A stretch of DNA of 64,000 nt from Rhodospirillaceae bacterium (lineage in GTDB: Bacteria; Pseudomonadota; Alphaproteobacteria; Rhodospirillales; UBA2165): positions 143,065 through 207,064 of the forward strand of contig CANIGJ010000003.1 in NCBI GenBank assembly GCA_947467145.1, in the 5' to 3' direction. The position numbers were made by a program, and so were the translations under genes. How positions within the stretch are numbered: position 1 is the first letter of the stretch; each line of letters starts with the position of its first letter. This document shows, in pieces, positions 26,292 to 34,767 of the stretch. Below the pieces are notes generated by a model. The model saw only the letters and a program-made list of their open reading frames with translations, was not told the DNA's origin and ran no database searches.

Positions 26292-27206
26292 ATGTCCGCT
26301 CGTAACGCGGTCCCGGCGCTCGCGGATGCGATCGGCGTCGAAGACAGATTCAATCTCGCCTTCTCACGATTGTTCACTTACCTGTCTCCCAAGGAAACGA
26401 AAGCGCTGCTATCGCGCGCCACCTTGATCGAATGCGAGCCGGGTGAGTTCATCGTCTATGAGGGCGCCTCCGCCTCCGCGCTGTTCGTCATCGTCGAAGG
26501 CGAGGCGAAGGTTCTCAAACGCGAATATACGCAACGCCATCATGAGAAGATGATCGAACTCGCGCGCCTCGGCCTGGGCTCGATCATCGGCGAGATGTCG
26601 TTCTTGGACGGCGACGTCGCCAGCGCTTCGGTGATGGCCGATCGGCCGACCAAGCTCTACCGCATCGATCTCAAGGTGATTTTCGATCTGATCGAACATT
26701 CGCCGGAATTCTCGACCAATTTCTACCGCTCGCTCGCCGGCATCCTGTCACGCCGCCTGCGCGTCGCGAACGCCGTGCTGACCACGTCGCAGGAAGTACG
26801 CTCGGTCGCGGCCAAGGATCATCATCGCATTTTCGTTGTGGACGACGATCCCGAGGTCCTCAAATTCATCACCTTGTTCCTGGAAAGCGCCGGGCACAGC
26901 GTGCGCTCCTCCACCAGCCCAATCGAAGGGCTCTCGCTGATCAAGCAGTTCCGGCCCGATATGGTGCTGACCGATCTGATGATGTCGGGCATGAACGGCT
27001 TGGATTTCTGCCGCGAGCTGCGCCGCCACGCCGAATATACCGCGATGAAGATCGTCATGATGTCGGTGCGCCCGGAAGCCTATTGGACCGGTGAATCGCT
27101 CGATGCCGGCGCGGACGGTTTCATCATGAAGCCGCTTAATCCGGAAACCATCGTCTCGCAGATCGAACGGGTGATGGCGACCAACCATACGGCGCGCGCG
27201 GCCTAA
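26292..27206 (+). CDS. Cyclic nucleotide-binding-like domain fused to a C-terminal response-regulator receiver domain
   Basis: The N-terminal CAP_ED-like part is GEFIVYEGASASALFVIVEGEAKV...GSIIGEMSFLDGDVASASVMA. The C-terminal REC part is IFVVDDDPEV...PDMVLTDLMMSGMNG...KIVMMS...GADGFIMKP. Confidence 0.75.
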   Translation: MSARNAVPALADAIGVEDRFNLAFSRLFTYLSPKETKALLSRATLIECEPGEFIVYEGASASALFVIVEGEAKVLKREYTQRHHEKMIELARLGLGSIIGEMSFLDGDVASASVMADRPTKLYRIDLKVIFDLIEHSPEFSTNFYRSLAGILSRRLRVANAVLTTSQEVRSVAAKDHHRIFVVDDDPEVLKFITLFLESAGHSVRSSTSPIEGLSLIKQFRPDMVLTDLMMSGMNGLDFCRELRRHAEYTAMKIVMMSVRPEAYWTGESLDAGADGFIMKPLNPETIVSQIERVMATNHTARAA

Positions 27207-27274
27207 ACGGCCGTTCGGCCAACCGTATGGTCTGAGCGCTGGACGGATGGGGTGGCGGACGATAGCGTCCTGCC

Positions 27275-27967
27275 ATGACCTCAGATCACAATGTTAAGGT
27301 CCGCACGGCGGGCGCGCTCAAATCCGGCATGGCCAAAAGCGTGGACGCCTTCAAGGCTGCGCATGGCTGGGCCTTTGCGCCCAGTTTCACGCACGGCCCC
27401 CATATCGAAGACGAACTCGCGCGCCAGGACTGCGACGCCGATATCGTCGGCCTGATGGACGACGCGATCGCTGGCGGCATCGCACGCGGCTGGCTCGCGT
27501 CCCGCCGCGTACCCATCGGCTCGATCCAGATCGGGGTCGCGATCCGCGACGGCGCCGAACGGCCGGATATATCCAACATGGACCTGTTCACCGCGGCGTT
27601 GCGCGGTGCCGATACCTTGATCTATACGACCGCGGCCAGCGGCGAATATATGGCGGGCGTGCTCACCAAGATGGGCTTCATCCGCCGCTTTGAGGACAAA
27701 ACCGTGCGCTATTCAAGCGGTGCCGAGGTCAATGCGCGCCTGGCGGCCGGCAAGGCGAAGCACGAAATCGCCTTCGGTGTCGCGACCGAATTCCTGTCCA
27801 ATCCCAAGGTCGTCTATCTCGGCCCCTTGCCCGCCGAGATTCAATATCCGTCGCCCTACGAGTTCGCCGCCCTGGCGGGACGCGACAGCGACGATGTGCG
27901 CCTGGTCCTTGATTTCCTCGCCACCCCGCAGGCCTGCGAGATCTTCGCCTCGACGGGCATCGACTAA
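27275..27967 (+). CDS. Periplasmic-binding-protein-like (ModA/SBP_bac_11-like) protein without a signal peptide
   Basis: 230 aa with a type II PBP-like pattern (..IVGLMDDAI...IGSIQIGVAIRDG...LIYTTAASGEY...IAFGVATEF...). The N-terminus MTSDHNVKVRTAGALKSG is not hydrophobic. Confidence 0.55.
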   Translation: MTSDHNVKVRTAGALKSGMAKSVDAFKAAHGWAFAPSFTHGPHIEDELARQDCDADIVGLMDDAIAGGIARGWLASRRVPIGSIQIGVAIRDGAERPDISNMDLFTAALRGADTLIYTTAASGEYMAGVLTKMGFIRRFEDKTVRYSSGAEVNARLAAGKAKHEIAFGVATEFLSNPKVVYLGPLPAEIQYPSPYEFAALAGRDSDDVRLVLDFLATPQACEIFASTGID

Positions 27968-27987
27968 ATTCCTCTAGGAGAGTTCAC

Positions 27988-28932
27988 GTGATCTATATCG
28001 GCACGGATGAGGTCAAACGCCTCGTCAATATTCAGGACGCCATCGATTCACTTGAGGCGAGTTTCAAGAACTGGAGCGACAAGGCGACCGCGAACCTGCC
28101 GCGCCGCCGTTTGAAGGTCGATGGCGCCGGGCTGAATGTCATGGCGGGCGCGATCCCGGGCTCCGATTATTTCGGCTATCGCGCCTACTTGCCGAAGATC
28201 GGCTACAACGCACTGATCCTGCTGTCGCTGAAAGAGAAAGCGCCGGTGGCGATGATCGATCTCAATTGGGCCTCCACGACACGCACCGGTGCCGCGACCG
28301 GTGTCGCCACGCGCTACATGGCGCGCGCAGATGCCAAGCAGCTCGCCGTCATCGGCACCGGGCGTCAATCGCCCGACCAGATCCGCGCCGTGGCGCTGGT
28401 ACGCAAGCTCGACCGCATCACCGTGTTCAGCCGCGACGCCGCCAAGCGTGACGCCTTTGCCAAAAAGATGCAGGACGAACTGGGCGTGACGACGGTGGGC
28501 GCGGCCTCCGCCGAAGCCTGTCTCGACGGCGCTGATATCGTCGTGGCCGCCACCAATTCTACCGTGCCGGTGCTCAAGGGTGCGTGGCTGAAGCCCGGCA
28601 TGCATGTGAACGGTATCGGGGCGAACGGGCTGGAGCGCATCGAACTCGATGACGATTGCGTGCTGCGCGCCGACCAAATTGTAACGGATCAGGTCGAACA
28701 GGCGAAGATTGAGGCGGCCGCCCTGGTGCGGCTCGCCTCCGTCGGCAAGCTCGATTGGTCCAATGTCGTCGAATTGGGTGAGATCGTCGAGGGCACGGTG
28801 CCGACGCGGACGTCGCCGGAGCAGATCACCTTGTTCCATTCGCTGGGCATCGCGTTCGAAGATGTCGCCTTCGGCGCGATGATTTATGAACGCGCCAAGA
28901 AGGAAGGCCTCGGCAAGCCGATGCCGCTCTGA
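27988..28932 (+). CDS. Ornithine cyclodeaminase / mu-crystallin family protein
   Basis: GTG start. 314 aa. LTTRTGAATGVATRYMAR, the Rossmann motif LAVIGTGRQS and VNGIGAN are OCD/mu-crystallin signatures. Confidence 0.8.
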   Translation: MIYIGTDEVKRLVNIQDAIDSLEASFKNWSDKATANLPRRRLKVDGAGLNVMAGAIPGSDYFGYRAYLPKIGYNALILLSLKEKAPVAMIDLNWASTTRTGAATGVATRYMARADAKQLAVIGTGRQSPDQIRAVALVRKLDRITVFSRDAAKRDAFAKKMQDELGVTTVGAASAEACLDGADIVVAATNSTVPVLKGAWLKPGMHVNGIGANGLERIELDDDCVLRADQIVTDQVEQAKIEAAALVRLASVGKLDWSNVVELGEIVEGTVPTRTSPEQITLFHSLGIAFEDVAFGAMIYERAKKEGLGKPMPL

Positions 28933-29061
28933 CGTGTGTTTGGTGACATGTGGTCATTGGGCGACGGGGTACTGAATCCATTTTGCATCGATCCGCCCTT
29001 GGGTTAGGGTTTTGCTGCGTGGCGCGCGGCACTTGCCGCAGGTTCTGGAGTATCGAGACCG

Positions 29062-29568
29062 ATGGCCCAACGGGACGACGATCTGACGCGCACGCCCTCA
29101 CTGCCTGATGAACTGATTCCCAATGTGCGCAGAGGCCTCGGCGGCCTCGTGTTTCACAAGCTCGATGCCGCCGATTGGCAGAACCTGTTCGCCAACGGCC
29201 AGACGAGGATCTATCGCGACGGCGAATATATCTGCCGCGAAGGCGACGAGGGTGATTCGCTGTTTTTCGTCGCCGATGGCGAGGTGCGCGTCCTGGCGCG
29301 TACCCTCGGCGGCAGCGGCGCACCCTTCGAATTGGCGCGGCTGGCCGCCGGTAGCGTGTTCGGCGAAATGTCGTTCCTCGACCGGGCCAAGATCAGCGCC
29401 ACCGTTGCCGCCGACGGTCAGGTCGAAATCGTGCGCCTATACACCAAGGATATCGAACGTCTGATCGCCGACGATCCGGACTTCGGGCTGCGCTTTTATC
29501 GCTCGCTCGCGGTCACTCTGTCGCGGCGCCTGCGCGGCGCCAATCGCCTGATCAGCGAAGGATCGTAG
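29062..29568 (+). CDS. Stand-alone cyclic nucleotide-binding-like domain protein
   Basis: 168 aa. GEYICREGDEGDSLFFVADGEVRV...GSVFGEMSFLDRAKISATVAA. The C-terminal helix FYRSLAVTLSRRLRGAN is paralogous to FYRSLAGILSRRLRVAN in the 26292 gene. Confidence 0.75.
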   Translation: MAQRDDDLTRTPSLPDELIPNVRRGLGGLVFHKLDAADWQNLFANGQTRIYRDGEYICREGDEGDSLFFVADGEVRVLARTLGGSGAPFELARLAAGSVFGEMSFLDRAKISATVAADGQVEIVRLYTKDIERLIADDPDFGLRFYRSLAVTLSRRLRGANRLISEGS

Positions 29569-29663
29569 ACCTAATCAATAGTCGTTGCCCATGAAGTCAT
29601 TGACTGAGGCATTGTTCGCCTAGCTCCGATCCCCTAAAACGGAGGGGAACAAGGAGAGGGTGT

Positions 29664-31154
29664 ATGAGCGATCTCGATGCTGACGTTATCGTCGTAGGTG
29701 CCGGCAATGCCGCCATGTGTGCGGCGCTCGCCGCCAACGACCAGGGTGCGAAGAAAATCATTCTGCTGGAAGCGGCCCCCGAAGAAGAATCGGGCGGCAA
29801 CAGCCGCTACACGGCGGGCCTGTTCCGCATTCCCTACGACGATCTCGATCAACTCAAGCGCATCATCCCGGACATTTCGGCCGAGGAAGAGAAGAACACC
29901 GACTTCAGCCAATATCGCAAAGAAGATTTCTACGACGATATGGGGCGCATCACGCAGTTCCGCGCCAATCCCGATCTCGTCGAACAATTGGTCGAACAGG
30001 CCCAAGACACCGCCGTATGGATGCGCGGCCACGGCGTGCGCTTCCTGCCGGCCTATGGGCGTCAGGCCTTCAAGCATGAAGGCAAGTTCAAGTTCTGGGG
30101 CGGCGCGCATATCGAAGCGTCGGGCGGCGGACCGGGCCTCGTCGAATCGCTGACCAAGGAGGTCAACAAGAAGGGCCTCGAGATTCGCTACCGCACGCGC
30201 GGCAGCCGCCTGATCGTCGAGGGCGGCAAAGTCACCGGCGTCGTCGCGGTGAAGGACGGCCAGGAGATCGAACTGCGCGCGCGCTGCGTCGTGCTGGCGA
30301 GCGGCGGGTTCGAGGCGAATTCGGAATGGCGCACCCGCGCCATGGGCCCGGGCTGGGACCTCGCCAAGGTGCGCGGCACGCGCTTTAACATGGGCGGCGG
30401 CATCAAGATGGCGCTCGATATCGGCGCGATGCCTTACGGCAACTGGTCGGGCGCACATGCGGTCGGCTGGGACCGCAACGCGCCCGAGTTCGGCGATCTC
30501 GAGGTCGGCGACAATTTCCAGAAGCATTCCTATCCGTTCGGCATCATCGTCAATATGAACGGCGAACGCTTCGTCGACGAAGGCGCCGATTTCCGCAACT
30601 ACACCTATGCGAAATACGGCCGCGCCGTGCTTGAACAGCCGGGCCAGTTCGCCTGGCAGGTGTTCGATTCCAAGGTCACGCATCTGCTGCGCGACGAATA
30701 CCGCATCAAGCAGATCACGAAAGTCACGGCGAACACGCTCGAAGAATTGGCGAAGAAGCTCGACGACGTCGATCCCGCCGGTTTCATGCGCGAGGTCACG
30801 GCTTATAACGCCGCCGTGCGCACCGACATCACGTTCAATCCGAACGTGAAGGACGGCCGCCACACCGAAGGCTTGCGTGTGCCGAAATCGAACTGGGCAA
30901 ACAAGCTCGATGCGCCGCCGTATGAGGCCTATGCCATCACCTGCGGCATCACCTTCACCTTCGGCGGTCTGCAGATCGAACCGACGACGGGCCGCGTGCT
31001 CGATACCGGTGGCGAAGCCATCCCCGGCCTGTATGCCGCCGGCGAATTGGTCGGCGGGTTGTTCTATTTCAACTATCCGGGCGGCTCGGGCCTCGTGTCC
31101 GGTTCGGTCTTCGGCAAGATCGCCGGCACGGCTGCGGGCACCTACGGACGATAA
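29664..31154 (+). CDS. FAD-dependent flavoprotein, TcuA (tricarballylate dehydrogenase)-like
   Basis: 496 aa. DVIVVGAGNAAMCAALAA, GGNSRYT and the C-terminal GLYAAGELVGG are present. The overall pattern is that of TcuA-type FrdA-superfamily flavoproteins. No TcuB-like partner is present. Confidence 0.75.
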   Translation: MSDLDADVIVVGAGNAAMCAALAANDQGAKKIILLEAAPEEESGGNSRYTAGLFRIPYDDLDQLKRIIPDISAEEEKNTDFSQYRKEDFYDDMGRITQFRANPDLVEQLVEQAQDTAVWMRGHGVRFLPAYGRQAFKHEGKFKFWGGAHIEASGGGPGLVESLTKEVNKKGLEIRYRTRGSRLIVEGGKVTGVVAVKDGQEIELRARCVVLASGGFEANSEWRTRAMGPGWDLAKVRGTRFNMGGGIKMALDIGAMPYGNWSGAHAVGWDRNAPEFGDLEVGDNFQKHSYPFGIIVNMNGERFVDEGADFRNYTYAKYGRAVLEQPGQFAWQVFDSKVTHLLRDEYRIKQITKVTANTLEELAKKLDDVDPAGFMREVTAYNAAVRTDITFNPNVKDGRHTEGLRVPKSNWANKLDAPPYEAYAITCGITFTFGGLQIEPTTGRVLDTGGEAIPGLYAAGELVGGLFYFNYPGGSGLVSGSVFGKIAGTAAGTYGR

Positions 31155-31158
31155 AACG

Positions 31159-32055
31159 ATGAGCGACCTCGCCGTCGATCTCGTTCTCGATGCGCATGCC
31201 ACACTGGGCGAAGGCCCGGTGTGGAGCACCGACGAACAGCGGCTCTATTGGGTCGACATCATGAAGAACGAGATCCACCGCACCGATCCGGCGAGCGGAA
31301 AGGATGAGGTGCGCGATCTGGGCGAGCAAGTCGGCAGTCTCGGCTTGCGCGCGCACCCCGATGCCAAGGGCAATCTCGTCGCGGCGTTGCGCTCGGGTTT
31401 CTATTACGTGGATTTCGCGAGCGGCACGAAAACCTTCATCTGCGATCCGGAAAACAAGCCGAACAACCGCATGAACGACGGGCGCTGCGATCCGTACGGC
31501 GCGTTCTGGGCGGGCACGATGCTGGATCCGTCCGACCGCAAGACGCGCACGGGATCGATCTGGCGTCTGGCACCGGACGGTACGGCGTCGATGAAGGTCG
31601 ACGATATTGGCGTATCCAACGGCATCGCCTTCGATGCCGAGCGCCACTATTTCTACTGCGCCGACACCTTTGCCGATGTTCAGACGGTGTGGCGCTTCGA
31701 TCACGATCCGGACACGGGCGCGATCTCCAACCGCCGTATCTTTTTCACCGCGCACGAACTGCCGGGCCGGCCCGATGGTGCCTGCGTCGATGTCGAAGGC
31801 TGCTATTGGGTGGCGCTGACGAGCTGCTGGTCGGTGGCGCGCTTCACGCCCGACGGCAAGCTCGACCGCCTGATTAAAACGCCGGTGCAGAAGCCGACCA
31901 TGTGCGTCTTCGGCGGCGCCGATATGTCGACGCTATTCATCACCTCGATGGGCTTTGGCTATCTGCCGCAGGCGGAGGGGCAGCCGCATGCGGGCGGTCT
32001 GTTCGCTTGCCGCCCTGGCGTGATGGGTGTCGCGGACGGCAAGTTTAGAGGCTGA
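31159..32055 (+). CDS. SMP-30/gluconolactonase/LRE family protein
   Basis: ORF 30877..32055 trimmed to the ATG at 31159. LGEGPVWSTDEQRLYWVDI, NDGRCDPYGAFWAGTM, SNGIAF and PDGACVD are the beta-propeller lactonase motifs. It starts 4 nt after the flavoprotein gene. Confidence 0.8.
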   Translation: MSDLAVDLVLDAHATLGEGPVWSTDEQRLYWVDIMKNEIHRTDPASGKDEVRDLGEQVGSLGLRAHPDAKGNLVAALRSGFYYVDFASGTKTFICDPENKPNNRMNDGRCDPYGAFWAGTMLDPSDRKTRTGSIWRLAPDGTASMKVDDIGVSNGIAFDAERHYFYCADTFADVQTVWRFDHDPDTGAISNRRIFFTAHELPGRPDGACVDVEGCYWVALTSCWSVARFTPDGKLDRLIKTPVQKPTMCVFGGADMSTLFITSMGFGYLPQAEGQPHAGGLFACRPGVMGVADGKFRG

Positions 32056-32058
32056 CTT

Positions 32059-33566
32059 TTATTGCGGCTTGCCGAAATCCTCGGCGGCGATGGCGAAATT
32101 AAGCGAGTCGGCGTCGCGGATGGCGAAGCTGGTGATGCCGACCAGATTGCCGCTCGCATCGAACAGGCCGCCGCCCGACGAGCCGGGCGAAATCGGCGCC
32201 GTCGTCTGCACGACCTGCATGCCGTCGAGTTTGCGCAGGCCCGACACGATCCCCTGGCCGAGCGTGTTCTCGAGCCCGTGCGGCGAGCCGATGGACACCA
32301 CCGCCTCGCCGACCTTCAGGCTGTCGAAGGCGCGCACGGTCCGCGCATAGCTCTGCAAGGATTTCTCCACCGCGAGGATGCAGCGATCGGTGCCGGGCGA
32401 AGCGGAGGCGAGTGTCGCCGGGCGGATATCCTTGCCCTGTTTGACTACGATCGAGCGCGCGTCCTCGACGATATGACAATTGGTGATCAGCCGGTGCGGG
32501 CCGATGGCGACCGCTGAGCCTTGCGAAATGGAACCGCGCGGCTCGCTCGCCACGGCGATGGTCCACACGTGCTTGCTCGCGCGTTCGAAAATTTCGGACG
32601 CGGCGAGCGGCGTGTCCGCTTTCGCGGCCGTGCGGTCGAACGCGATCAATTGCCATTGCGGCATCGACGGCGACGGCGTCCCCATGCGCGGCGCCCGGCT
32701 GGCGCTTTCCGTCTGCGGCCGCGCTTCGATCATCGTGCTGGCGGGTGGTGCGACGAGATCGGGCTCGCTGTTCGTTGGGCGCCACCGCGCCACGGCGCCG
32801 GCCGCTTGTTGGATGTAGCGTGTCGGCAAAGCGCGTTCCATGTTGGCTTTGAGGATCGGCAGGCGGCCGGGCAGGCAGGTTTCCGTGACGAAGCCGGCCG
32901 GTGGCGTGATGCCGGCGGGGGCGCGCGTCAGCGAATGAATCTCCGATAGGCGCGCGGTGCTGCCGCTCTGGCCGAGCAGCAGCCAGAAATACGCCTTGTC
33001 CAATTCTTCTCGCCGAGGCTGCCGTCGTAATAGGCGTTCGCCAGAAAGGCCTGGGCATGGCAATTGTTCTGTTCCGCCGTCTGGGTGATCAAGGTGCGCG
33101 CTTCGGGTACGTTGGTCGTCCACAGACGGGACGCCTGCAGCAGGCGAGCCCATTGCGCGCCACCGGCCAGCGCCGCGTCGAGCGTCTTGGCGGCGGCGGT
33201 CTGATCGGCGGCGAGCGGCGCTTTGCCGAAATAATAGGAATCGTACATCGCGCGCAGCGCCTTGCCGTTGCCCCAGGCAGCGGCATCTTCCGTCCATTGC
33301 AGGGCGGCGGCCGGATCGGGTTTTTGCGCGAGATAACTTGCCACCGCCATGGCGACGTCGCCGTTGCGGCGCTCGCTGGCGCGCTGCGAGCAGCCCACGA
33401 GATTGGCTTCCACGACATAGTCGCACGACGCCAGAGCGTAATCGGGCAGTTGGCTCGTGCGCACGTTTCCCGTCGGCAGGCCGCAGGCGCCGAGTATACC
33501 CGCGCTCACTGCGCCGATCGTGATTCGTCCCCAAAGACGCACGTAATCGCTCCCTATCCCTCGCAT
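32059..33566 (-). pseudogene. Sel1-repeat lipoprotein fused to a trypsin-like (S1/S1C) serine protease; reading frame interrupted near 33005
   Basis: Frame 1 (32928..33566) has the lipobox ILGAC plus Sel1-like repeats, then degenerates into an Arg-rich tail. Frame 2 (part of ORF 32059..33534) continues ..ELDKAYFWLLLGQSG.. (Sel1-like), a Pro-rich linker, and a protease with ITNCHIV, DRCILAV and GSSGGGLF (the His/Asp/Ser triad). If the genes are split, the protease could start at the ATG at 32841. Confidence 0.5.
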
Positions 33567-33601
33567 AGGATAACCGCCTGGGTGCGGCGCTTCAAATGGA
33601 C

Positions 33602-34252
33602 TCAGTGGGTGTGGTTGTGGCCATGATCATGGCTGGGCGCGGCGTTCTGCCGCAATTCTTCGCGACTTTGGCGGATGATCTGCACTGCCGACCAGAAGAA
33701 CAGGCTCGCCATGATGGCCGCGACGATCAGATCGGGCCAGGCGGTCGTCGTGCCCCAGACGGCCAGCGCCGCGATCATCACCGCGACATTGCCGATGGCG
33801 TCGTTGCGCGAGCACAGCCAGACCGAGCGCACGTTGGCATCGCCTTCGGCGTAACGCATGAGCAGCAACACGCTGGCGACATTGGCGACGAGCGCCAGCG
33901 CACCGATCATGCCCATGATGTCGGCCTTTGGCACGCCGAGGATGAACACCTGATAGATGGTGGAGCCCAGCACCCACACCGCCATGATGGCGAGGCTGAT
34001 CCCTTTCAACAACGCGGCGGTGGCGCGCGTTTTGGTGGGTGCGCCGATGACGGCGAGGCTCAAGCCATAGGTCGCGGCGTCCCCTAGGAAATCGAGCGCG
34101 TCGGCGCGCAGCGCCTGCGACTCGGCGAAGGCGCCGGCCAGCACCTCGACCACGAACATGGCGGCATTGATGGCGACGACCAGCCAGAGGCGGCGTTTGT
34201 AATCGTCCGACACGCCGTTGAATTGGGTTTCGTGGTGGCAGTGAGCGCTCAC
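33602..34252 (-). CDS. Cation diffusion facilitator (CDF) family metal efflux protein, short form
   Basis: 216 aa with 6 TM segments. It has the CDF TM2/TM5 metal-site motifs (ALRADALDFLGDAATY; CSRNDAIGNVAV), a His-rich N-terminus (HCHHE) and a His-rich C-terminus (HDHGHNHTH). There is no C-terminal cytoplasmic domain. Confidence 0.8.
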   Translation of the reverse strand: MSAHCHHETQFNGVSDDYKRRLWLVVAINAAMFVVEVLAGAFAESQALRADALDFLGDAATYGLSLAVIGAPTKTRATAALLKGISLAIMAVWVLGSTIYQVFILGVPKADIMGMIGALALVANVASVLLLMRYAEGDANVRSVWLCSRNDAIGNVAVMIAALAVWGTTTAWPDLIVAAIMASLFFWSAVQIIRQSREELRQNAAPSHDHGHNHTH

Positions 34253-34294
34253 GACTTGGCTTTCCTTGGGCCCTTTAAATCCCGCGACCCTCAG

Positions 34295-34325
34295 ACCATA
34301 TTCCCTACAGTGACTATAGGTTCAA
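34295..34325 (-). promoter_or_regulatory. MerR-type promoter with 19-bp spacer and dyad operator, driving the CDF gene
   Basis: Minus strand: TTGAAC (34325-34320), a 19-nt spacer CTATAGTCACTGTAGGGAA, then TATGGT (34300-34295). The spacer holds an imperfect dyad CCTAcAGTgACTaTAGG (34304-34320). This is the classic MerR-family architecture. Confidence 0.6.
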
Positions 34326-34335
34326 GAGGTTTGTA

Positions 34336-34767
34336 ATGGCGGAATTGTCCATCGGCGAATTGGCCCGGCGCACCGGCTGCAACATCCAGACGATCCGCTA
34401 TTACGAACAGATCGGCCTGGTGGCCGCTCCGCCCCGCACCGAGGGCGGGCAGCGCCGTTATGGTGCGGGCGCGGTGCAGCGTTTGGGCTTCATCCGCCAT
34501 GCGCGCGATCTCGGTTTCGACATCGCCGCCATCCGTTCGCTGATCGCGCTGGCGGGCGAACCCGACCGGCCGTGCGAGGATGCCGACCGCATCGCGCGCG
34601 CGCAGTTGGAGTCCGTGAAATCGAAAATCGCCGGTTTGAAGCTGTTGCAGAAAGAGTTGGAGCGCATGCTGCACAATTGCGCGCACGGCACGATCTCCGA
34701 CTGCCGCGTCGTTGAAACGCTCGGCGATCATGCATTGTGCGCACACGAGACGCACGCGCACGCCTAA
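34336..34767 (+). CDS. MerR family heavy-metal-responsive transcriptional regulator
   Basis: 143 aa. HTH motif IGELARRTGCNIQTIRYYEQIGL, a coiled-coil dimerisation helix, and C-terminal Cys/His ligands (C..HGTISDC...CAHETHAH). Confidence 0.85.
   Translation: MAELSIGELARRTGCNIQTIRYYEQIGLVAAPPRTEGGQRRYGAGAVQRLGFIRHARDLGFDIAAIRSLIALAGEPDRPCEDADRIARAQLESVKSKIAGLKLLQKELERMLHNCAHGTISDCRVVETLGDHALCAHETHAHA

Noticed and set aside
29634-31229. A 531-aa ORF on the minus strand, antisense to the TcuA-like flavoprotein gene.
   Set aside because: It is a typical GC-rich shadow ORF. Its composition is dominated by Ala, Arg, Gly and Asp, with no recognisable motif, whereas the opposite strand has clear FAD-binding motifs. 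The same reasoning applies to these ORFs:
- 8835..10028 (-)
- 10762..11832 (-)
- 12642..13607 (-)
- 21283..22389 (-)
- 23110..24021 (+)
- 43946..45223 (+)
- 47359..48243 (+)
- 52509..53789 (-)
- 63013..63933 (-)
32059-33534. The 491-aa ORF taken at face value as one protein, and ORF 32099..33058 (-) in the third frame.
   Set aside because: The N-terminal about 170 aa of the 491-aa ORF are Arg-rich nonsense that overlaps a better frame (Sel1 repeats). The third-frame ORF is likewise Arg/Pro/Gly-rich. Only the frame-1 5' part and the frame-2 3' part carry recognisable domains.
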